Shown here: piece by piece, positions 19,304 to 28,622 of the stretch | Numbering within the stretch: position 1 is the stretch's first letter | Layout of the letters: every line of letters starts with the position of its first letter | IMG/VR virus record: IMGVR_UViG_3300035698_007036 | Span: 1-64,000 of that record | Source: a virus | Reading direction: 5' to 3' (one strand) | Length of the DNA: 64,000 nucleotides | The notes under the pieces: generated by a model | Databases searched by the model: none | What the model was told of the DNA's origin: nothing | The model's input: only the letters and a program-made list of their open reading frames with translations | Translations under genes and position numbers: made by a program

Positions 19304-20593
19304 ATGGCTAGAAGTTTATTCCGACAACTAGAACAAATTAGACGTTCTGCGGCGTATGACGATGCCATATCCAGTGTTAATACATCGGCAGTGGCTGAGC
19401 CAACCGTTTCTGGGTCTTTAGAAGGTGATTTAAATATCATACGTACCTTAATTAAGGGTCTTAAAGGTACTACCAATTGGTATGATGACTTGGGGAGTTA
19501 TTTTGATCCTACTACCACTGATTCAGGTAATACAGCCCTTAAAGATCTTACTCTAGACAATTTATCAGGTAACACTTTAGACGCTGTTACTGTGATTGTG
19601 GCTGTTACCGAGGACAATTCTGGAGCTGGTTATACGGTTTCTACAGTAAGTTCGGGTGTGCTTGTTCTAACGTCAACGCAATACGCCACCCCTGAAGACA
19701 GGCGTGGTCTAACAATTTATGCCTCTACCTCCAACACTGGAAGTTATTACGATGAAGGCGGTGATATTAGAGTAACTCGTATCGATGTTCTTAACGGTTC
19801 GAACGACTCAGAAATACAAGATGGTAGTGGTAATGTTGTTTACGCGTTGTTTCATGATGGGGCAGATTTTGGTGCCACAGGTTCCGAGACTGATGTTTAC
19901 GCAAGATTCTATGCTAACGGTTCACCAATTACTATGGTGTCAGGAGTTACAAATGTTGAGCTTGTTTATCCTCAAAGGAAAGTCATGTCTGAGATGGAAG
20001 AATATGACTGGATGAGGACAGATTTTGTTAGTTCTTGGGAAGGTGATGTTGAGCTAACTGAAGACATTTCCAATTTGTGGAGTTTCACAGGAGCATCTGA
20101 CAGCGATACCTCCCCGCAGCCCTGGAATAATACTACCATTAATTATCTACTTTCTTCGGATCCCACAGATCTCAAGAGTGCCATTGACTTGATTAATGAT
20201 GGTGTTGGTAGTAGAAATTATACAGAAGATAATTATGTTACTGACGGTGAATCAATTACAGCCTCTATCGACTCTTTGGATCAAGAGGTGGCAGATTTAA
20301 CAACAGCTATTGCTACAGTTTCCAGTAACAAGTATGTGGAGTCTGTTTCTGGTGCTATCACTGCCGGTGTTGTTCATTCGCTTCCATACTCTATAACTTT
20401 TACACCTAGCTCAACAGCTGGTCGAGAAGGAAAGAACATGGATATATTTGTAGATGGTCAGTTGCTTGCAGCTGACACTGGTGCTAACGGTGCTAATGCA
20501 GATAGGGATTATGGTGAAACCACTACCTCCGGTGTTACCTTCAGATTTAATATTCAAGCAGATAGAAATATCACTTACATTGTTAGACAGTAA
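19304..20593 (+). CDS. Virion structural protein (head fibre/neck-like)
   Basis: Acidic Ser/Thr/Gly-rich 429 aa with short coiled coils and a C-terminal beta domain (DIFVDGQLL..DYGET). Confidence 0.6.
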   Translation: MARSLFRQLEQIRRSAAYDDAISSVNTSAVAEPTVSGSLEGDLNIIRTLIKGLKGTTNWYDDLGSYFDPTTTDSGNTALKDLTLDNLSGNTLDAVTVIVAVTEDNSGAGYTVSTVSSGVLVLTSTQYATPEDRRGLTIYASTSNTGSYYDEGGDIRVTRIDVLNGSNDSEIQDGSGNVVYALFHDGADFGATGSETDVYARFYANGSPITMVSGVTNVELVYPQRKVMSEMEEYDWMRTDFVSSWEGDVELTEDISNLWSFTGASDSDTSPQPWNNTTINYLLSSDPTDLKSAIDLINDGVGSRNYTEDNYVTDGESITASIDSLDQEVADLTTAIATVSSNKYVESVSGAITAGVVHSLPYSITFTPSSTAGREGKNMDIFVDGQLLAADTGANGANADRDYGETTTSGVTFRFNIQADRNITYIVRQ

Positions 20594-20664
20594 CAATTAA
20601 AAATCTAAATGGAGTTTAGAACCCTTACGAATAATACTTAGAGTTAAGGGGCGGAAAGGAAATT

Positions 20665-21024
20665 ATGTTAGAGGATAGAGCTGAAAGGAATAAGTTAAGA
20701 AGTGTGGTTTTAAATGCTGAAAAGAGAGAGATTATAACCAAAGAAGAAGCTGGTTTTGTGGTCTCTCTTATTGAAAGATTTAGGCTTGACATTGAGAAGA
20801 AAGTCAAAGCTCTGCACATGTTACAGGGTGAGATAGGCCAACTTAAGTCCAATGAGCAAGTAATCATTAATATGATAGAGAATATGGTGGCAGCGGCAGA
20901 AAGAGATATAGCCCGCCAGGAAACAATGGCTAGACTGAAAGAGTCTAGAGAGGTTGAAAAGGCGAGAGAGGCCGAGCGTAAGCAACCAGTACCAGCTGAG
21001 CAGGCCGACACAATAGACGACTAA
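20665..21024 (+). CDS. Coiled-coil hypothetical protein
   Basis: 119 aa, heptad pattern. Confidence 0.55.
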   Translation: MLEDRAERNKLRSVVLNAEKREIITKEEAGFVVSLIERFRLDIEKKVKALHMLQGEIGQLKSNEQVIINMIENMVAAAERDIARQETMARLKESREVEKAREAERKQPVPAEQADTIDD

Positions 21025-21085
21025 CCAAGGCTGCTTTAAGGTCGTTATATTAAGATATAAGGACGGGAAATGAATTAAAAACCTT

Positions 21086-21202
21086 AAAGGGGCACAACTA
21101 CATGGCTAACAACTCGATACCCAATAATAAGGAAAAAGCTCCGGCAGTATTGCTATATCCTTATTCTGGCTCTAGGGTTTTAGCCTTTTTTTGTGCTCTT
21201 TT
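21086..21202 (+). other. Long imperfect RNA hairpin in the intergenic region
   Basis: Nested pairings: 21086-97 with 21191-202, GGCTAA with TTAGCC, AACTC with GGGTT, AATAAGGA with TCCTTATT. Confidence 0.45.
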
Positions 21203-21248
21203 GGAGGGGGCTAATGTGACCTCAAAAGTCATTGGAGGAAGATAAATT

Positions 21249-21890
21249 ATGATAATTTTACGTAGACCACAAGCACCCTCCCCCATAATATTGTTGGCAG
21301 AGGAGCCTCTGGGTACTAAAGATGGGGTTAACCAAACATATGAAACGCAGTATGTTTATAGACCTGGCAGAATTGAAGTAATATATAATGGGCAGGTTTT
21401 ACACAGTCCTGATGACTTCGATGAAACTAGTTCACAAGGATTTATATTTAATCAAATAGCTCCGGATTCTTCTGACGAATTAAGAGTTAACTACGAAGTC
21501 GATGCTTGTAATGCAGACCCAGCCAATCATTCAGATCTACCTCATTTTTTTACTCAACTGGTAGACACACCTAGTAATTACAACACATCCGGAGGGCTTT
21601 ATGTAAAGGTTAAGGAGGATAGAAGCGGATTAGAGTTCGTGGCCGATACAACAAGGGCAGGTACCAGTTTTCTATCCGTCGGCGTTACCTCTGTTATAGT
21701 TACGTTTGATGACCCCCTTGCTTCTGCTAGTTATGCTTTAACTGTTACTTTAGAGAACACAGTTGATGTAGCTCCACTTTTCTACTCAACCACGACAATT
21801 AGCCGAGCCTCCACTGGTTTTGAGGTGGCATTTTCAGGAGCAATGGATTCAAATAATTATATTTTAAATTGGCAAGCTATCCCAGTGTAG
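21249..21890 (+). CDS. Virion fibre-associated protein
   Basis: GTKDGVN..F/Y..VIYNGQ domain, FTQLVDTP fibre-type motif, C-terminal lectin/gp53-like beta domain. Confidence 0.55.
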   Translation: MIILRRPQAPSPIILLAEEPLGTKDGVNQTYETQYVYRPGRIEVIYNGQVLHSPDDFDETSSQGFIFNQIAPDSSDELRVNYEVDACNADPANHSDLPHFFTQLVDTPSNYNTSGGLYVKVKEDRSGLEFVADTTRAGTSFLSVGVTSVIVTFDDPLASASYALTVTLENTVDVAPLFYSTTTISRASTGFEVAFSGAMDSNNYILNWQAIPV

Positions 21891-21965
21891 TTATACAGGT
21901 AGGTTAAAGACCATACTGTATTGTGCTATTTATAATTCTATTTTATACTTATAAGGAACTTTGTA

Positions 21966-22490
21966 ATGATCCGAGTTGATATTAATGAGTCGTTTCCACT
22001 TACAGCGATGATACTTGACGAGTGTTCTGGCGAAATAGTGTCAAGTGCTGTAGTACAATATAATGTATGTAATGTGACTGACGTTACGACTGTCTCTGGG
22101 GTATTCGAGGAGTCTGTTGTAGAGCCTGGAGTTTATAAGGCTATTGTTTCTATCGGCGTAGCCGGTACTTATAGAGCATATGCCACTTGTTCCGGTTACA
22201 ATGTTGGAACTGAAGATATAGTAGTTAATGCTGAGAGTATCTATGAGCTCACAAAACAGAATAGGTACTACAACATTTCAGCAGAGGATGTTCTTAGAAC
22301 CAACCCTATTTCTACAGCCTCGCAGACAGCGAGAAATGTACCTGTGAACCAGACCGATTACATAATTAATAGAGTTAAATTAAACACGGACAGTGACTGG
22401 TCAGGCTCTACTGTGGCTTCTGGGACCATTTATGCTCATTATAGACTTGTCACAGACTCACTTCCATATAAAATGGGTGGGCCCTACTAA
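21966..22490 (+). CDS. Virion structural protein (Ig-like N-terminus)
   Basis: EPGVYKA..AGTYRAY beta-sandwich pattern. Confidence 0.5.
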   Translation: MIRVDINESFPLTAMILDECSGEIVSSAVVQYNVCNVTDVTTVSGVFEESVVEPGVYKAIVSIGVAGTYRAYATCSGYNVGTEDIVVNAESIYELTKQNRYYNISAEDVLRTNPISTASQTARNVPVNQTDYIINRVKLNTDSDWSGSTVASGTIYAHYRLVTDSLPYKMGGPY

Positions 22491-22936
22491 TGATGAATAT
22501 TAAGTACATATCTTCAGCTGGCTATGATTTTTGGTCAGAAGAGTGTACAGGTTCCGGTACTACTGGAAGTGGTGTGGGTTATGGTTCTATACAACTGGAA
22601 TACGGTTGGCAGCTAGTGGCTATACCAATTGAATACGGATATTGGAGTTCCGCTTCTAACACACATGTACATGATGAAGTTACTGTGGCAAAATTTGAGA
22701 ACTATGTTTTAGACCAATTAACAAGTCTTTATGGTGCAAGCATAGTGGAAGTAGCTAATACCTATCCTGGTGATTTACAAGCGTTCTATAGTTATGTTGT
22801 AGGTTCTACACCAGAGACAAGCCCACATAACTGGCAGCTTATTTACAACGATACTGGTAACAAAGAGATTAGTGGTTTTTGGATAAAAGTAATAGGGCCT
22901 GCTGCCCCTTATATTATAACCTGGGGAGAAGTGTAA
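22490..22936 (+). CDS. Virion structural protein
   Basis: LEYGWQLVAIP and GFWIKV motifs; translationally coupled (TAATG). Confidence 0.5.
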   Translation: MMNIKYISSAGYDFWSEECTGSGTTGSGVGYGSIQLEYGWQLVAIPIEYGYWSSASNTHVHDEVTVAKFENYVLDQLTSLYGASIVEVANTYPGDLQAFYSYVVGSTPETSPHNWQLIYNDTGNKEISGFWIKVIGPAAPYIITWGEV

Positions 22937-25228
22937 ATGGCATTAAGTATAACCATTGATGGTTTTGTTTATAAAGGTGATAGTTCATTAAGTTCGTCAG
23001 ATGTGGCTTATCAGGCCTACTTTTATAAAGTTAATGCAGGCTCCTCTACCTCTAAATGGAATGATAAAAGAATAGTAGAAAATACAGGATATTACAACAT
23101 AAATATAGGAGATGGGGATTGGCTAACACAAGACGGTTCGGCTTCAACCAATGATATAGTTGTAATAGTTTTTTGGGACCCAGCCGCAGATAGCAGGTTG
23201 GACGTTTGTACATTGCTAAATGAATGGTCTTGCTTTAGAATAGTACTAGATGGTTCCAGTACTTACACAACACAAGCTCAAGTGAAATCTAACATCTGCC
23301 CTAACTTAAGTTGGTCATTAGGTTCTGATGGTCTGGTGGGGGTGAATGTCATAGCTAGTAATAGCAGTAACGATACACATCAGTGGGATTTTATGAGTAC
23401 CACGTTTTACCAGAGAAATCTTTGGTACACCTCATTGATGACCGTAAATGTAGTGAACAACAGTGTTTATAGTTGGGGAGACACAAATCAAGATACTGTA
23501 TCTGGTGCAGGAAACGGTAGCCATAGTTATGTTGCAGCTGGGGATTATGACGTGGAGCTGGTTGTTGAGGATGAATGTGGTTGTACAGTAACTGGTACAG
23601 ATCAAGTAAGAATAGAATGGAATGCCCCAGTCCCAAATATAGAGCAAGTTCCTGCAGCCCCGGATCCAAATGTGCCAGTGTCCTTTAATTATATTGGAAC
23701 AGACCCTGACAGTGGTATAACAAGTATAGATTGGACAATAAACGATACAGGTGTCTATGGTACCACTAATACCACCACTACAGTAAGCAGGGATGACAAC
23801 GTACCGCATACAAGCGGTCAAGGTACAGACTGGTGTAGCGAGGTAACCTCCTCTGGTGCGTACACCAATCCTGGATCACATGTAGTAGCCATTGTAGTTC
23901 ATTGGTGGGATGGTTTCGCATCGCAGACTATAAACTACAGTGAAACATACAGCCAGGGAATTTTTAGTGGTCCAACAGTTGATTTTACACAGGTTCCAGT
24001 AGAGGCCACAGTAGCCAGTGGAATCACATTCGTTAATACTTCAACAAGCACCTCACGTGTAGGCACAGGATTACCAGACTGTGGGGAATATGACTGGACA
24101 TGGACAGTAGACGGGACGCCTACAGAGTATAACGATAAGATTTATACTTATGAACTTGAAGTTACCCCTGGGTCTGTAGATTCACAAGTTAAACTATGTG
24201 CCAATTGGAGTGACGGTTGGGTTTCCCACGAAACTTGTGTTGAGAAAGAAGTTGTGTTTAATACTGCTGCAACAGTTTCAGAACAAGATTGTTTTTTCAA
24301 TTTAAATATTGTAGGAACTTCTAGCGACGGTTCCACAACAGGTTATAGTTGGACAATAGCTTCCGGAATTTCAGATACCGGTCCGTGGACTGAGACTTGG
24401 GCAACACCAACTGGTGTAGAACAGAATGACAAGAAGGTTTGTTTCACATCTGTAGGGTGGTATAATATAACAGGTTATGTATATGGCACAGGGACCACTA
24501 CAAGTGATTCTGAAACACTTTACATTGATGTTGTATGTCCGGCAACCACATCAGGTATAGAGGTTATATCGCACCTTTGGAATGGTACAGGGGTACTTGA
24601 CGTAGGCGGCGATTGGGTACATACCCAATATGGAACAGAGACTGCCGAATCTAAGCATACTGGAACAAATGGTCTAGATGCTTCAGGTATGAAGAAGACC
24701 AGTAAGATTTGGTTCACCAACCCAGATGGTGCTGTAGACGCCAACGTCTATGATGCTTTTGTAATGTGGATAAACGTACGATCTTGGCAAGCTGGAAAAG
24801 ATATAACTGTAGAGCTCCATACTCTAGGAGGAAACAGTGTCTATGTATATTTAAGTAGATACTTGACCGAGGATGCTACAGGGGTATGGCAAAAAGTTTC
24901 CATTCCGCTTACTCACTTCGGTAACACTGGTAGTTTCAATGTAGATAGACTAAGGTTATGGCCAGATGGTAACATAGGACTATGGTTAGATGATATATAC
25001 TTCAGTATTGGTGCTATGATAGGTGTGGCTGTATGTGATCCTGATATGTATGGTGAGGAGTTTGGCCAATACGGTGTTACGGCTGATACATTGGTACCAA
25101 GTGGACAATCAGGTGCTGGGTTAATTCCTAGCGGTAAAGTAGGAGCAGGTTTTGTTCCAAGTGGCCAAGCAGCACAAGGGTTTGTACCTTCTGGAAAACC
25201 AGTATTTCCAGGACCAAGTAATTTATAA
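22937..25228 (+). CDS. PKD/Ig-repeat and carbohydrate-binding-module virion protein
   Basis: YSWGD..SHSYVAAGDYDVELVVED (PKD), repeated Ig-like units, WQKVSIPLTHF (CBM-like), C-terminal 10-aa repeats. Confidence 0.65.
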   Translation: MALSITIDGFVYKGDSSLSSSDVAYQAYFYKVNAGSSTSKWNDKRIVENTGYYNINIGDGDWLTQDGSASTNDIVVIVFWDPAADSRLDVCTLLNEWSCFRIVLDGSSTYTTQAQVKSNICPNLSWSLGSDGLVGVNVIASNSSNDTHQWDFMSTTFYQRNLWYTSLMTVNVVNNSVYSWGDTNQDTVSGAGNGSHSYVAAGDYDVELVVEDECGCTVTGTDQVRIEWNAPVPNIEQVPAAPDPNVPVSFNYIGTDPDSGITSIDWTINDTGVYGTTNTTTTVSRDDNVPHTSGQGTDWCSEVTSSGAYTNPGSHVVAIVVHWWDGFASQTINYSETYSQGIFSGPTVDFTQVPVEATVASGITFVNTSTSTSRVGTGLPDCGEYDWTWTVDGTPTEYNDKIYTYELEVTPGSVDSQVKLCANWSDGWVSHETCVEKEVVFNTAATVSEQDCFFNLNIVGTSSDGSTTGYSWTIASGISDTGPWTETWATPTGVEQNDKKVCFTSVGWYNITGYVYGTGTTTSDSETLYIDVVCPATTSGIEVISHLWNGTGVLDVGGDWVHTQYGTETAESKHTGTNGLDASGMKKTSKIWFTNPDGAVDANVYDAFVMWINVRSWQAGKDITVELHTLGGNSVYVYLSRYLTEDATGVWQKVSIPLTHFGNTGSFNVDRLRLWPDGNIGLWLDDIYFSIGAMIGVAVCDPDMYGEEFGQYGVTADTLVPSGQSGAGLIPSGKVGAGFVPSGQAAQGFVPSGKPVFPGPSNL
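25088..25207 (+). repeat. Four 10-aa (30-nt) repeats x-[LF]-[VI]-PSG
   Basis: TLVPSGQSGA GLIPSGKVGA GFVPSGQAAQ GFVPSGKPVF. Confidence 0.8.
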
Positions 25229-25240
25229 TAGGAGGAAGTT

Positions 25241-26209
25241 ATGGCCGTTAATTTAACATTTACTGTCGGTAATATAGATGCCGTAATGGAGATTTACGAC
25301 AGAATACAGATCATGAGATTTATAGGGACTTCTCCACCTTCGAGTACTATAGATCTTATTGAGTATACTACCATCTCTGGCAGGGATAGTGTAAATGATA
25401 GAGATAATGTATCTGATATAGTACTCAATAGTAGATACAGTCAGTATTATTACACAGACCCAGTTGGTGTAGCCGATGATTGGTATATTTCAAGATATTA
25501 TAATGACGCAGATAGTAGTTCTTCGGCCTGGGCCGATCCTATATTGGGCGAGGCCGGCGACATTTATTATAACCCAATGTTTCCTCCAGAAATAGAATAT
25601 GGTACAGCTGACCAAATGGTAATATCTAGAATAAGGACCTTGATAGGGGATCCCAAAGGATTAAGACGTGAGTACGGTGACGAGGCTCAGTCATCAATTC
25701 ATTCAGATGGTAAGACTTATGAGATGGATGAAAAAGGTTGGCCCTCTAGCATAATGATGAACAACATTCAGTATCCAAGAACCAACGATTATAATTTAAG
25801 TAATCCATCAATTAACGGTTACAGATTTTTAAGGTTTACAGAGGTAATTAACACTACAACTTGGTCAGGTTGTCAAGAATATGGTGTAGACATTTGGTAT
25901 TACACGTTTAGGTTTAGCGACAAAGAAATAATGGATGCTTATGATAGATGTCCACCACCTCCAGGCCTGTCAACAGCCAATTCTACCTCAGAGGCGTACA
26001 TGACTTACACTTCTATAGATTTAATAATGCAAGAAGGATGGGAAGACGCTATAGAGGACGGTGCCAAGATTGCTGATGAGGGTTCTACGTATGATCCATC
26101 ACCTGGCCTGGGCTACAGAAAGACTTTATTGGCAACGTTACAAAAAAGGCTGGATACTTTAATAAACGCTCTAGTATTAAAAGGTATAGAGGGCGTAAGA
26201 GTAGACTAA
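25241..26209 (+). CDS. Head-tail connector/adaptor
   Basis: ISRIRTLIGD and FSDKEI motifs typical of adaptors; synteny. Confidence 0.6.
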   Translation: MAVNLTFTVGNIDAVMEIYDRIQIMRFIGTSPPSSTIDLIEYTTISGRDSVNDRDNVSDIVLNSRYSQYYYTDPVGVADDWYISRYYNDADSSSSAWADPILGEAGDIYYNPMFPPEIEYGTADQMVISRIRTLIGDPKGLRREYGDEAQSSIHSDGKTYEMDEKGWPSSIMMNNIQYPRTNDYNLSNPSINGYRFLRFTEVINTTTWSGCQEYGVDIWYYTFRFSDKEIMDAYDRCPPPPGLSTANSTSEAYMTYTSIDLIMQEGWEDAIEDGAKIADEGSTYDPSPGLGYRKTLLATLQKRLDTLINALVLKGIEGVRVD

Positions 26210-26220
26210 ACTAAAATAGG

Positions 26221-26877
26221 ATGCTAACTATGAAAAACAGGATTCGACCAAAAACTAAAAGAAGATTTCAGGAACGTATACGTGATGTTATTAAAGGGTT
26301 GAGCCGTAAAGTATTAGTATATAAACAACCTATAAGAACAGAATGCCCTAACTGTTACTTCGATAAGCTAACAGGTAAATCTTCTGGTAAATGTAGATGG
26401 ACAGCTGTAACAGCTGTTGTAGAACAAGATATTTGGGCTGCTGCAAATCTACCTACTGAAGGTTCGTCCGGAACAGCCCCGTCTGACTGTTCTGTACAGA
26501 CCACATACAGGTATAAATACTTTGTTAAAGGTCGTTGTCCAGTTTGTTTAGGTAGGGGTTATCTAGAAACTCAGCGTAGGAGATGGGTAGATGCTTTAGT
26601 TACCTGGGATCCTTCCGCAAGGGGTACTGGTAACGAAATGATCTATACTCCGGCAGGTACTGAAGGTTCTACTATAATCCAACTGAAAACAGATCCAGCT
26701 TACTATGATTTATTCAAGAACTCTAATAAGATTATAATAGATGGTATAGAGTGTAGAATGTCAAGACCTCCGGTATTAAGGGGATTAGGTAACCAGGCCA
26801 TATTAATAATAACAGCCTTCACCACGGAGAAACCTAGTTTGGATACAGCTGAAATAATAAAGGATTATTCTACATAA
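26221..26877 (+). CDS. Head closure/neck protein with Zn-finger-like insert
   Basis: CPNC..CPVCLGRG insert, IIIDGIECR closure-type end; synteny. Confidence 0.55.
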   Translation: MLTMKNRIRPKTKRRFQERIRDVIKGLSRKVLVYKQPIRTECPNCYFDKLTGKSSGKCRWTAVTAVVEQDIWAAANLPTEGSSGTAPSDCSVQTTYRYKYFVKGRCPVCLGRGYLETQRRRWVDALVTWDPSARGTGNEMIYTPAGTEGSTIIQLKTDPAYYDLFKNSNKIIIDGIECRMSRPPVLRGLGNQAILIITAFTTEKPSLDTAEIIKDYST

Positions 26878-27518
26878 TGATAAGAGCAATGAAAACTGTA
26901 GAGAAGACCATAGACTCTCTCATAAAACAAGAACTTGAAAAAGAGTTCGAGAATAGGATGCCCGAGATAAGGGGCCTAATATTAGAAGAGTACCATATGG
27001 AATTGGAGTCAGCCGTTACAGACAGAAAAAGTAGAACCAACCCTGGCTTACCTAAATACGTAGAGGCTTTTGAAAAAGAACTAAGTAATTTTAATATGTT
27101 AAATATAAAATCTGCCGGATTAGTAATTAGCATGCCATCAGTAGATAACTTTGATTGGTCTTCTGGTACACTAAGAGTTATAAAGCATGTACTGGAAGGC
27201 ACGGCTGGGATTTATGTAGAGATAGATGCTGAGCAGTATGAACAAATGTACGGTAAGAGGCCTATAGGTTTACAGGCGTTCGATGAAACCGGCCGCAAGA
27301 AGGATATGGTTTACATAATAAGATATACCTCTACAGTTCGGAGAAAAGAGAAAGAGGCATTTGGTAAACGAGAACTTGTAAGATACCCATTCTCTAATAC
27401 ACCTCCGATAGACATATTTAAATCGGCAAATAGTCATGTGGAAAAAAATATTAAAAGTTGGATAGACGACGCACTTAAACGTGCTTTAAAGCGTCTTAAG
27501 ACGGAATATAGGGGATAA
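26877..27518 (+). CDS. Neck/tail completion protein (putative)
   Basis: Synteny between closure and terminator genes; coupled start. Confidence 0.45.
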   Translation: MIRAMKTVEKTIDSLIKQELEKEFENRMPEIRGLILEEYHMELESAVTDRKSRTNPGLPKYVEAFEKELSNFNMLNIKSAGLVISMPSVDNFDWSSGTLRVIKHVLEGTAGIYVEIDAEQYEQMYGKRPIGLQAFDETGRKKDMVYIIRYTSTVRRKEKEAFGKRELVRYPFSNTPPIDIFKSANSHVEKNIKSWIDDALKRALKRLKTEYRG

Positions 27519-27524
27519 TATACA

Positions 27525-28448
27525 ATGAAAAAGTTAAGAAAAGAAGACCTTTCCCTCTATTACTATTTGAGAGATAGAGTGCTGTGCGACTTCGTAGAGG
27601 AGGAAGAAAATGTAGCCCTCTCATATGTAGAAGAATTATCTTGTAGATATGAAAGTGAAGTTTACATAGCTCTTACAGAGATGGTACCTTCCCCTACAGA
27701 AAGAGGACGAGGTTGGGTGTGTTTCGATACCACATTCAGTGGTACTGGTCAATGCATAGGTTCTTATGTTACGACTTCTGGTACCAGAACAGACGGGGAA
27801 CCCACAAGTATAGGGACCCCAGAACAGTCTTATAGGATTACAGTGTATGATGCGTTGGGTATTGCTATCCCAGATACTGAATATATGGTAGATTATATAG
27901 ATGGTAGAGTCATAACATCTGGAACTGTAACCCCTGCTGCCATAGATTACGAATTTCATTATGTGTCACTAGTAGATGAATGGGCCGCAATTGAAGCAGC
28001 TGATCCCCCAGTTGTGGTTATAGATATGTATGGAACTGACAAGGCAGGCTTTCAGCTAGGCTCCGGGAAAAAGACCATAAGAAAAGTAGATATACATATA
28101 TTCGCCTCTGATACAGCAGAAAGAAATGACCTGGTAGAGGTTATATATGATGGGCTTTACCTAAAGAGTGCTCCACTGTTCGCCTTTCCAAATGGAAGTG
28201 CGTTAGATTATGATGGGACATTTTTAGGTCGTAAGGAAGAAGCAAACAAATTAAAAACTTTGTTTGATAGGTCTAGAGAGACAGGTGTAATAGGTAATAT
28301 GCTATTTGATAGTGTAGTGTCAAGGCATGTAAGTTTACCACTCTTGATGACAAGGAGTACTGACGAGGTTATGCTTAGTGATTTAAATGCGTACCGATCA
28401 AAGATAAGTTTTGATTTGGTAACATACGTAAATCCCGAAGAATTATAA
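27525..28448 (+). CDS. Tail terminator protein (putative)
   Basis: PPVVVID, RKVDIHIFA..AERNDL pattern; directly upstream of the tail tube. Confidence 0.6.
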   Translation: MKKLRKEDLSLYYYLRDRVLCDFVEEEENVALSYVEELSCRYESEVYIALTEMVPSPTERGRGWVCFDTTFSGTGQCIGSYVTTSGTRTDGEPTSIGTPEQSYRITVYDALGIAIPDTEYMVDYIDGRVITSGTVTPAAIDYEFHYVSLVDEWAAIEAADPPVVVIDMYGTDKAGFQLGSGKKTIRKVDIHIFASDTAERNDLVEVIYDGLYLKSAPLFAFPNGSALDYDGTFLGRKEEANKLKTLFDRSRETGVIGNMLFDSVVSRHVSLPLLMTRSTDEVMLSDLNAYRSKISFDLVTYVNPEEL

Positions 28449-28453
28449 TTAAC

Positions 28454-28473
28454 TAACCTCGTTATTATATAGA
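28454..28473 (+). promoter_or_regulatory. Candidate phage late promoter TAAC-N10-TATAGA
   Basis: TAACCTCGTTATTATATAGA, 150 nt upstream of the tail tube gene. Confidence 0.5.
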
Positions 28474-28622
28474 TGGGCGTATTCACATTCGTCCGGATAG
28501 GGATTGCCGCCTATTGGGTCGCCTCAACCTGATTACAGGCATAAGGAAACGAATTTCAGATACCAACCTGATAATTGAATTTGTTCAAAAAAAAATAAGG
28601 ATAATGGGAGGAATGAGTAATT

